Source: a virus. Taken from it: 64,000 nucleotides of DNA. Under the pieces are notes generated by a model, which was given only the letters and a program-made list of their open reading frames with translations, ran no database searches and was not told where the DNA came from. The DNA is taken from positions 32,001-96,000 of IMG/VR virus record IMGVR_UViG_3300042881_003464; one strand, given 5' to 3'. Shown in pieces: positions 30,535 through 38,618 of the stretch. The translations under genes and the position numbers were made by a program. The stretch's first letter is position 1, and every line of letters starts with the position of its first letter.

Positions 30535-32439
30535 TTAGCCGGTAGAATATCGGCGTATGATTTGCCTTGGATAAGCTAGACCTGCACTAGGGCGTAGCCA
30601 CCAGCGTTTTTGAGGCCAAACGTTGCCATTTATGGGTCTATCGTTGTAGTAGCCCATGAACAGATTCTGAGCTCCTCGCAGGCCTCTTTCACTCACAGGA
30701 CCCGGTGGCAGTGGGGTTCCAAAGTCTGGAATCACACCTTCTTGCGCATAGTATCGAGCCCAACGATAAGCGTCCATTTGGCTCATGTTGGGGTATATCT
30801 CGCACAGAGAAGCAATAATACCCATGACTTGTGGACTAGCCATGCTGGTACCAGTGAGTTTTGACATGAAAAAACTAGCATTTCTTGGGTCAGGTACTCC
30901 GCTGGTATATGGTGCCATGATACCAGTTCCTGGTGCCCAGACTGTGATTCCACGGCCTGCACTGGATGTTTGTTGTACCTGCTGATTGACAGTTTGATCA
31001 ATGTTACCTGTAACTATTACACCTTTGAAGCTGTCTGTACCTGGAGTACCTGTTTCAGTTGAAGCTGGTACTGGAAATTGATTATGATACCTTGCAGCGT
31101 AAAGCACAACAGTGCCAAAAGTAGCATAGGCCACATTTAAATTGTTGTTAAAATCAGGATCTCCGCTGAGTACACCTGCTTCGCCCCACTGGTTACCTGC
31201 TGCTGCTCCCCAGATTATACCCTCGTTCATGCCATCAATAATAGCAGCTGAAGCTGCTGCATCTTGCAGAGTATAGAAAAACAGAATAACACCATATACA
31301 TTGGCATATTCAGCATAGACCTGAATACCGCCATTATAGAAGTTGGTTAAAGTCCAGTTCCCGTTGTAAGTGGCCTGCAACGACGTTTGGCCCGCAGGGG
31401 GACTGGCAGGATGATTCTGTATCGTGCCCCGGTAATCAATTCGATTACACATCAAGATGTTGTTGCTTCTTGCGAATGTGTTGCCAAACAAACCAAAACT
31501 CATGTTTACCACAGTGGGATTTTTGATACCTGTGACAGGATTACGAGTTTTAACGCTGTTGTGCCAATAGCGAATATAGTTTACCAGCTGTGTTAGGTTT
31601 GGAGTGCTAGTGCCATTGGTTTGTTCACCATAGGGCGAAATATTGTAAATGGTACTATCTCTGGCCCATCCACAGGTGTTACCTGCCATGATACCACCAA
31701 CGTTATAACCATGTCCGTTGTTGCCTGCAGAACCTGCACCATAGTTATACACACCTGCTGGTTGTCCTGTCACAGCTGGGTTGTATGCCCACCAGTTAAT
31801 CTGATTGATTCGTGATCCGCCCGACCCATCGGCATTTCTGGCATATTCTGGATGATTTCTATCCATGTTGCCATCAAATACCACTACGTCAACATTTTTT
31901 CCTGTGCTGGTCAATGTGATAGTGGCACTTTTATTTGGCTCAGATCCGTCACTGCCCCAGTTTGGCAACGTGGTCCTGTTCCAACAGCGCAGCAGACCCC
32001 AGTTTTTCATGTCGCTGGTTGTGGTACCACTTTTATCCCAAAACGCACTGAACTGTGATCCCAATGGTCTTGGTTTGATTCCCAAGAACTGTGGTTCAAC
32101 TTCAACGGCTATCACTCTAGGATCTTGCTCAAGACGTGCTGCTTCAATTGGAGTGATAAGATAGGTTGTACTCCGGCACAGTGGCATTCGATCAATGCAT
32201 TCTACCACTCGATCTGGTACATAGCCTCGACTACCTGGACTTTCCATTTCATCATAGAAATTGTCCTGTACGTCATAGCTGGCCAAGGTAATCACGTGAG
32301 GATATTCTGTAGTAGCATCCATCTGCAAGGGTTCAACATACCCCAAGGTTGCTTTGGCATGTTCCATGAGAGCTTCAGGGCTAGGATTCTCTCCTAGTTG
32401 TTTGACTAACTCTTCTTCGGATGCGGTTCTTTCAATCAT
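30535..32439 (-). CDS. Subtilisin-like (S8) serine protease
   Basis: Catalytic triad VVVFDG, HG.NVGG, GTSMASP; oxyanion AAGN; N-terminal prodomain-like region. Confidence 0.9.
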   Translation of the reverse strand: MIERTASEEELVKQLGENPSPEALMEHAKATLGYVEPLQMDATTEYPHVITLASYDVQDNFYDEMESPGSRGYVPDRVVECIDRMPLCRSTTYLITPIEAARLEQDPRVIAVEVEPQFLGIKPRPLGSQFSAFWDKSGTTTSDMKNWGLLRCWNRTTLPNWGSDGSEPNKSATITLTSTGKNVDVVVFDGNMDRNHPEYARNADGSGGSRINQINWWAYNPAVTGQPAGVYNYGAGSAGNNGHGYNVGGIMAGNTCGWARDSTIYNISPYGEQTNGTSTPNLTQLVNYIRYWHNSVKTRNPVTGIKNPTVVNMSFGLFGNTFARSNNILMCNRIDYRGTIQNHPASPPAGQTSLQATYNGNWTLTNFYNGGIQVYAEYANVYGVILFFYTLQDAAASAAIIDGMNEGIIWGAAAGNQWGEAGVLSGDPDFNNNLNVAYATFGTVVLYAARYHNQFPVPASTETGTPGTDSFKGVIVTGNIDQTVNQQVQQTSSAGRGITVWAPGTGIMAPYTSGVPDPRNASFFMSKLTGTSMASPQVMGIIASLCEIYPNMSQMDAYRWARYYAQEGVIPDFGTPLPPGPVSERGLRGAQNLFMGYYNDRPINGNVWPQKRWWLRPSAGLAYPRQIIRRYSTG

Positions 32440-33485
32440 TATGTTTCCAGTTGCAACACAGTTAATGTAACTGTGAGTGTAGCAGGTGCACCACTTAGAT
32501 TCGTGATAGTAATGGGCACAGCGTTTGAAACCGGATTGTCATCATTGAAGCCAATGGCCGCTGGGCTAACAGTCACAGTGTTTGCACCATTGGTAATAAT
32601 TTCTGCTATGACGCCTGCACCTGGTTGAGGATCTGTATCCTGATCCCGTGTAGAGTCGGCTGTTCTAGCAGCAGTGCTGGTGTATACTCTTACCCAACTA
32701 GCCGCACTAGTGGAAATTTTATAAATTGCGTAGCCTTTGTAACCAGTTAGATTAGCGTTTACACTCACAGCATTGGATACTGGACCAACTGTGGTACTGA
32801 TATTGGCACGATTTCCTGCGCCACCTCCGCCACCTGTTACCACACCAGTTAGAAAAGCACCATTGCCTAGAATAAATGTGCCGCTGACATTGCCTGTGGC
32901 ATTTACATTGCCAACGTTGATATTGCCTGTGTGAGTGGCTGAACCAGAAGTTGAAATATTACCTGCTGTGATATTACCTGTCACAGTTGCACTGGTCAAA
33001 GCCGCATTGCCAGCTAATAAAGTTGTGGTTGAAACATATGGTGATGTCACTGCATTACCAGCATTGACATTGTTAACCACTAACTGCGAACCATCTAAAT
33101 AGGCACTGCCAACTGCTACTTGTGTTGTTGCATTAACCAAACTTGCATTGAGAGTGGTCACATTGGCCGCACCTGCTGCGGTGATATTACCACCCGACGT
33201 GATGTTGCCGCCTGCTGCAATGGTCTGGCTAGCGATCATGTGCGAACCTTGAACGTTGCCAGTTGCACTGATATTACCACCTGAACTTATTCTACCAGCA
33301 AAATTTTGTTGTCCAGTACCAGTTGCGTTGAGATTACCAGTGATGTTAACTGTGATACCATCAATGATATTGGTCACTGTGGTACCAACGCGATTCCATG
33401 CACCGGTGGTACTGTTCCATTGATAGGTTATATTTCCTACATTGGCCTGCTGACCATTAACGGGACTAACGGGAAAGAATGACAT
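32439..33485 (-). CDS. Putative tail-fibre protein
   Basis: FP.SP.NGQ...YQWN...AW N-terminus; GN repeats. Confidence 0.65.
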   Translation of the reverse strand: MSFFPVSPVNGQQANVGNITYQWNSTTGAWNRVGTTVTNIIDGITVNITGNLNATGTGQQNFAGRISSGGNISATGNVQGSHMIASQTIAAGGNITSGGNITAAGAANVTTLNASLVNATTQVAVGSAYLDGSQLVVNNVNAGNAVTSPYVSTTTLLAGNAALTSATVTGNITAGNISTSGSATHTGNINVGNVNATGNVSGTFILGNGAFLTGVVTGGGGGAGNRANISTTVGPVSNAVSVNANLTGYKGYAIYKISTSAASWVRVYTSTAARTADSTRDQDTDPQPGAGVIAEIITNGANTVTVSPAAIGFNDDNPVSNAVPITITNLSGAPATLTVTLTVLQLET

Positions 33486-34855
33486 TAGAATCTCCCCACT
33501 GCAATTGTAATAGTCTGTATTGAATTATCAAGAATTGTCATCATGCTTTTACCCAGTACGCAGCCTGGTCTATATAAACTGTCATTTACTCTTTCAGCCA
33601 CCCCTGGTAAGTCACTTGTGGTCAGCAAAGTGCCTTTGTCCACCGGACCTCTCACTTTGCAGTTTACTTTGCCAGTGAGTGCAACTGCTACTCCGTCAAC
33701 ACCAGAGTTCATTAGGTAACTGGGCTTTTCACTGACTACTCCTGCCACAGCAGTGTCATGTGTACGAGAACTAATTGTAATTTCCTGTTCACCACCAAAA
33801 ATTACCACTGTACCCGGTTCATATTTGTTGTCTGATGTATAGTTTTCTGCTAAGTCAGCATAAAGTGCTGACGTTGAAGTAGCAAACACACGATTGAAAT
33901 AATTGCTGGCCGAACCAATGTTGCCTGTGGAATTAGAACCAAGGTTAGTGATGTTGCCTACTGCTAGACCTAGATTGGTTATCTGCGCCATGTTAACGTT
34001 GTTTACATTGGCAAAAATGTTACCGCTGGTAGATGGAATGGTAACAGTTGATAGACCATTGATAATAGTGCTAGGATTAGTACTGATGCCTGTTAGCAAA
34101 CTACCATTGCCAATGAAGTAAGTGCCTGCGATATTGGCCGCGGCATTTAGATTTGTTACTGTAATGGTATTGGCTGTAAATGATCCATTAACATCTCGTT
34201 GTACCACTGTGTTGGCCAGGGTGCTTGCTGATGCAGGAGGTGTAGCCACCCCACTGATATCCACCCACTGATCAGTATCACCATCATCTACATATTGATA
34301 CACAATACCGTTGACGGTGTTAAACCAAAAGTCACCAGCAGTGGGAGAACTTGGTGCTGTGCCCTGAGCATCCCATTTAACAGTTCCGCCGCTGACAAAT
34401 GGCACTCCATTGGCAAAATAGTAGTTGTCTGTTAAGATATTGCCGGTTGTAACATTACCTGGTAAAATAGCACCAGTGGTGGTCAACAGCATTACATTAG
34501 CAACACCGCCCACGTCCATTTGAATGTTGCCAGATAGATTGGGCAAATCAACTTTAGATGTACCGTTTTGAATACGATTGCCAGACGCATTACCAGTGGG
34601 AATGTTGGTAAGTCCTGATCCGTCACCAATAAAAACACCAGTGGTAACAAAGTTACCAACTGACGTAATAGAGTTACTGGTGATATTGTTTGCAGTGATG
34701 TTGGCAGTTGGGAAAGCAACAGTGCCCGTGGCAGTCAACCCTGAAGTGCGTATATTGCCTGCGACATTAACCGTGTTGGTTGTAATGTTGACGTTGTCCG
34801 TCGCTTGTATAGAGACAATATTATAGTCACCGTTGACACGTTTGTAAGTTGACAT
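33485..34855 (-). CDS. Tail fibre protein with C-terminal chaperone-like domain
   Basis: AP.SP..GDFWF motif; C-terminal YADLAE domain paralogous to 12853-13866. Confidence 0.7.
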   Translation of the reverse strand: MSTYKRVNGDYNIVSIQATDNVNITTNTVNVAGNIRTSGLTATGTVAFPTANITANNITSNSITSVGNFVTTGVFIGDGSGLTNIPTGNASGNRIQNGTSKVDLPNLSGNIQMDVGGVANVMLLTTTGAILPGNVTTGNILTDNYYFANGVPFVSGGTVKWDAQGTAPSSPTAGDFWFNTVNGIVYQYVDDGDTDQWVDISGVATPPASASTLANTVVQRDVNGSFTANTITVTNLNAAANIAGTYFIGNGSLLTGISTNPSTIINGLSTVTIPSTSGNIFANVNNVNMAQITNLGLAVGNITNLGSNSTGNIGSASNYFNRVFATSTSALYADLAENYTSDNKYEPGTVVIFGGEQEITISSRTHDTAVAGVVSEKPSYLMNSGVDGVAVALTGKVNCKVRGPVDKGTLLTTSDLPGVAERVNDSLYRPGCVLGKSMMTILDNSIQTITIAVGRF

Positions 34856-35443
34856 CTAACAATCCTTTTGCTTATTTATACGAGCCAGAAACAGCGACAT
34901 TTCAAGGTGCTCAAGATTGCTCAAACGGTCTAATTCAGCGTGTTTCATTGTGGTTTCCCCGTATACCCTGGTCCAGCGCACAGTGGGAAAATCTGATATC
35001 ACTGTGGTTATCTGCTTGATCCAGTTGCCCGTGAATGTGGGAGGAGTTCCACGTGCTTTGTAGAATTCGGTACCTGCATAAACGTTGTTGAATTTGTTAT
35101 CCGTTGTTGGTCCAAGATCATACCCCAGCAAATAGATCTGCGTGTGTCCGTCAATAGCTGCTAGTGCAGCGGCCACTGGTCCTGAGCTGTTTCCGTAGTA
35201 TTTTTTGGGGATCTGCCTTGCTCCAGAATTTGGATAGCATCTACGAGTGTAGAATGTTTTACGCTGACTGTAGCCAGAATCTTGAATTCGTCCACTGATC
35301 GGAGCGTCAGTGGCCACCAGCACGTCTGGTTCGTAATCTTTGTAGAGTGCATTGCAGCCATAAATTGAGCCGTAGTGGTGTAACCAGGCAAGATCAAGTC
35401 CTTGTCTACTAACACCATTTGCCAGTGCAAAAGCTATAGTCAT
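34856..35443 (-). CDS. Hypothetical protein, glycosyltransferase/DUF115-like Rossmann motifs
   Basis: ANG.SR, YGCNALY, PDVLVATD, SSG..A, IYLLGYD. Confidence 0.55.
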   Translation of the reverse strand: MTIAFALANGVSRQGLDLAWLHHYGSIYGCNALYKDYEPDVLVATDAPISGRIQDSGYSQRKTFYTRRCYPNSGARQIPKKYYGNSSGPVAAALAAIDGHTQIYLLGYDLGPTTDNKFNNVYAGTEFYKARGTPPTFTGNWIKQITTVISDFPTVRWTRVYGETTMKHAELDRLSNLEHLEMSLFLARINKQKDC

Positions 35444-35478
35444 AAAAAAATCCTCCCAGTATGTAGTTCTGGGAGGAT
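35444..35478 (-). terminator. Rho-independent terminator
   Basis: ATCCTCCCAG-9nt-CTGGGAGGAT 10-bp stem followed by T-run. Confidence 0.8.
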
Positions 35479-35497
35479 CCTAACAGTATTAAAAGTG

Positions 35498-36244
35498 TTA
35501 GCTAGTCCACTTCTCAACTTGCCCTGGTATCACTGTGGTATTTGCAGTACCACTCTTGATCACAGTGCCTTCGTCAGTGAAGAAGTTTGATACATAACGC
35601 ACATCATTTACCACGCTGGAGTAACCGTAGTCGTTACCTCCAGTCCAATCCAACAGCCACTTGTTGGTTAGCTTGCTGATGTAGGTAATTGTTGAATCTC
35701 CTACTGAGAAGCCAATGGCCATGCTGCCGCCAGGAGGAGTTGCATCATTGTCTAAAACGCACACACCGACTTCTTGACAGGTGCCTGTGGTACCAGCGCC
35801 TGCGGCTGCTGTAACTAAGAAAATAGTGCCTACTGCGGCACCCACTGGTGCACCCATAGCTACCCAATTGGTGTCCCCAAGGCTAGCAATGCGCACACTG
35901 ACACCCACCACTGCGTTGGCAGGGTCAATAGCTGTGTTCGTGGCCACTAGAAATTTGTGAGCACCTTTTTGACGCAGGATAACACCATCATCTACACCTG
36001 TGTAGCTGTTGGCGATGTTTACAATACACTTGACCACAGGATTAGTAGCTGATGTGGCAGTGGTACGAAGTCCGCCAACCACGCCAAGATAATCGTTTGC
36101 ACTTAGAGTTGTTGGGTTGACATTATACTCTGGATCTGTCAGTGAGCCAAAGTTTGGAAAACCAACATCAATGCCTACTGCTGCACCAGGTGCACCAATA
36201 CCAGAATTAGTAGAATATTTTTGTATTTTGAGAGGACGCCCCAT
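35498..36244 (-). CDS. Probable abundant virion structural protein
   Basis: Own late promoter (TAAATA 36327-36332), strong SD TAAGGAG, own terminator; close to capsid gene. Confidence 0.6.
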   Translation of the reverse strand: MGRPLKIQKYSTNSGIGAPGAAVGIDVGFPNFGSLTDPEYNVNPTTLSANDYLGVVGGLRTTATSATNPVVKCIVNIANSYTGVDDGVILRQKGAHKFLVATNTAIDPANAVVGVSVRIASLGDTNWVAMGAPVGAAVGTIFLVTAAAGAGTTGTCQEVGVCVLDNDATPPGGSMAIGFSVGDSTITYISKLTNKWLLDWTGGNDYGYSSVVNDVRYVSNFFTDEGTVIKSGTANTTVIPGQVEKWTS

Positions 36245-36349
36245 TTGTTTTCTCCTTAAAGAAGTCCGATGTGGGTTCTAGCCACTACGCGGTGGTTGCC
36301 GCATAAAACGCAGAGTGCGTTAATAGTATTTAGTGGTTTACCAAATTAA

Positions 36350-36378
36350 TTGACCTACTAGTTTAATTTTGGCATAAT
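36350..36378 (+). promoter_or_regulatory. Sigma70-type promoter of tRNA cassette
   Basis: TTGACC-N17-CATAAT with TG extended -10, 8 nt before the tRNA. Confidence 0.75.
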
Positions 36379-36386
36379 TACGTTAT

Positions 36387-36460
36387 GCGCTGTGAGCCGG
36401 TGGACGGCAAGGAGATTCTAAACCTCCAATGAATGGGTTCGATTCCCATACGGCGCACCA
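36387..36460 (+). tRNA. tRNA with CUA anticodon (putative amber suppressor); alternative reading is a degenerate tRNA-Arg(UCU)
   Basis: GCGCTGT/ACGGCGC acceptor plus ACCA; D-stem GCCG/CGGC; anticodon arm GGAGA-TT[CTA]AA-CCTCC; T-arm ATGGG-TTCGATT-CCCAT. Confidence 0.85.
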
Positions 36461-36579
36461 GAATCATCGGCGGACCCGTAACCATATTCCGCCTCCGCTG
36501 ACGCGAAAACGGGATGGGCTGCGCTCACGGGGTTTGGTAGTTTCCTGACACAAAAATAACTACCCATTAGGAAACTGTT

Positions 36580-36765
36580 ATGCGCTACATTTTAATGGTT
36601 TTTGCTTTGATAGCAGCAGGTTGTTCTAACAAGTACGATGAGTGCATAGAACAACAAAAAGCAGAGTATAGAGAACGTAATCCTAAAGCAAGTTACGGAC
36701 AAGTTCAAAGCAGGCAACATGATTTTGAACTAATGTGCAGTAAATTTAAAACAAAAGGAAAATAA
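36580..36765 (+). CDS. Small lipoprotein
   Basis: MRYILMVFALIAAG|C signal peptide II lipobox; SD AGGA. Confidence 0.75.
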   Translation: MRYILMVFALIAAGCSNKYDECIEQQKAEYRERNPKASYGQVQSRQHDFELMCSKFKTKGK

Positions 36766-36766
36766 A

Positions 36767-37333
36767 ATGTCATAGATTGAATACGCATGCAAGGATCTAG
36801 TGTTTCACTTCAACAAGAAACATCTAGAAGATAGTACCATCCCCATGTGGGTCGTAAAAACACACGGTGAAACTTTTTACGTAGACCACGTCACTGCTTC
36901 CATCCCATGGAGTACCAAAGAGACTCCGGACAATTACCATACCAAGGGCAGTATCAAATTCAAAGAGTGTTTGTTGGCCATCAACGATGCCAACGAAGCT
37001 GAAATCTCAGTCTTGACCTTGATTGACAAAATTAGATTGCGAAATCAAAAGCTTGGTATCACAAGAATAATTTTTACATACGGTGGAGCATTTCACAAAG
37101 CATTACAGCATAATGAATACAAACACTCGCCATTCAAAAACATCAGCGGTGGTTGTGGCACTAGCTTTGTGGTTTGCGATTTGTTAAAAAAGGAAGAAGC
37201 AACCTTTGCTGCGCTGAAATATAAAGATGGATTTAGAATCATGCAGGCCAATGAACGTTACTATCAGGCCTACGATGATCCAAGTCAAAAATGGATAGAC
37301 GAAGACGATTATCAAGACGATGACGAAGAATAA
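36767..37333 (+). CDS. Hypothetical protein; ATG start has in-frame TAG at codon 3 (alternative GTG start at 36800)
   Basis: AAAGGAAAATAAA-ATG TCA TAG ATT GAA TAC GCA TGC AAG GAT CTA GTG TTT..., in frame with the 36800-37333 ORF. Confidence 0.7.
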
Positions 37334-37343
37334 TCTGTCCAAG

Positions 37344-37366
37344 AAAAACCCCGCCGAAGCGGGGTT
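37344..37366 (-). terminator. Rho-independent terminator after major capsid gene
   Basis: AACCCCGC-TTCG-GCGGGGTT plus T-run; cUUCGg tetraloop. Confidence 0.85.
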
Positions 37367-37390
37367 GATTCCCATCCCTGAGAGTTTTGA

Positions 37391-38602
37391 TTAGCTGAAC
37401 GACAGGTTCGATACAGCGATCTCACCCAGATAGTCAGCTGCGTTACCGAAGCTGCTGGCTGTGTTGGTAAGTTCGATGTAACCATAACGAGTCATGAAGC
37501 TTACCACTGGTTCAAAAGTGGTAGGATCAAGAACAACGCCAGAGCTCATCAGCGGAATATAAGGGCAATAGAACGCGGCTGCATCAGCTTCGCTCGAACC
37601 CTTGTAACCAACTAGAACAGCTTGGCTATCGCTAGCATAGCTGTCAACGAACACACGCATTGCGCCGTTCAATGTACCAACAAACTTGGTGTTGGTAGGT
37701 GCTTCAAATGTGCCTTCAGTTGTACGTGCAAATGCTGAAGTGGTTGCGCTTTGCAGCACAGTCAGCGATGCAGGTGACACAACTGCCCAGTTACCAGCGC
37801 CACGACGTGTACGCTGAGCAATCAGGTTAGCAACACGGTTGATCAGAACTGCCAGTGCAGCATGTTCGTCACCAACGAATGTAGCAGTACCAGATACAGT
37901 TGCCTGGTTGTATGTGAACTCTGTAGCTGCCAGAGTACGCAGGCTCAGCAGGATCTCTTGATCAATTTCAGCAGTGATCTCTTGAGCCAGTGCGGCCATG
38001 ATTTCTGCTTCAACGTCAATACCGTGCATTGCTTGTGCATCTTGTGCTGCTTCAAAGGTCCAACGAGCTTGCAGCTTACGTGTTTTTGCTTCAACAGCCT
38101 GCTTCAGGATCTGAACGCTGATGTTACGACCACCAGAACCTTCAAGAACCGAAGTGTCAGCACCAGTGTAGCGAGTCTGACTTGCGCCAGGAACGCCAGC
38201 AGTCACAGTGCTTGCTGAAGAGTAAGCTGTTGCAATCTTGAACGGGCTCAGTGCTTCTTCACCAGCGATGGTTGAAGTTGCAGCAGCTGAAGTATCGTTC
38301 ATGGTGCTTGCATAGCGAACACGCAGAGTGTGGATTTGACCCACAGGGCCGGTCATTGGCTGAACACCTACCAGTTCGTTAGCGATCACAGTTGGCATCA
38401 CACGACGAATCACTGGCAGAATGACACGGTTTAGAGTTGCCACGTTACCAGCAGCGGTGCTGCCAGCAGTTGCATTCTCTTTCAGATACTTGCGAGTGTT
38501 TTCAAGAATAACACCCATGGTGCTGCGACGTGAACCTTTAAGGCCTTCCATAAGGGCTTCTTTGGTTTCGTCCCAGCGGCTTTCGAGTAATTGCTCTGAC
38601 AT
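37391..38602 (-). CDS. gp23: Major capsid protein (gp23-like)
   Basis: RRVMP..IA.ELVGVQPMTGPVGQI, RKLQARWT.E.AQD..A.HG.D.E.E, YCPYIPL, MTRYG; start moved to ATG 38602 behind AAGGAG. Confidence 0.97.
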   Translation of the reverse strand: MSEQLLESRWDETKEALMEGLKGSRRSTMGVILENTRKYLKENATAGSTAAGNVATLNRVILPVIRRVMPTVIANELVGVQPMTGPVGQIHTLRVRYASTMNDTSAAATSTIAGEEALSPFKIATAYSSASTVTAGVPGASQTRYTGADTSVLEGSGGRNISVQILKQAVEAKTRKLQARWTFEAAQDAQAMHGIDVEAEIMAALAQEITAEIDQEILLSLRTLAATEFTYNQATVSGTATFVGDEHAALAVLINRVANLIAQRTRRGAGNWAVVSPASLTVLQSATTSAFARTTEGTFEAPTNTKFVGTLNGAMRVFVDSYASDSQAVLVGYKGSSEADAAAFYCPYIPLMSSGVVLDPTTFEPVVSFMTRYGYIELTNTASSFGNAADYLGEIAVSNLSFS

Positions 38603-38618
38603 TATAGTCTCCTTTTGC

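Noticed and set aside
36271-36310. preQ1-I riboswitch (GGTTCTAG)
   Set aside because: The match is on the strand opposite the adjacent gene, the loop is too short, and the A-rich tail is not correctly placed.
36461-36535. Canonical theta/HDV, twister or hammerhead ribozyme
   Set aside because: Required helices and conserved core residues could not be placed; kept only as an unassigned structured RNA.
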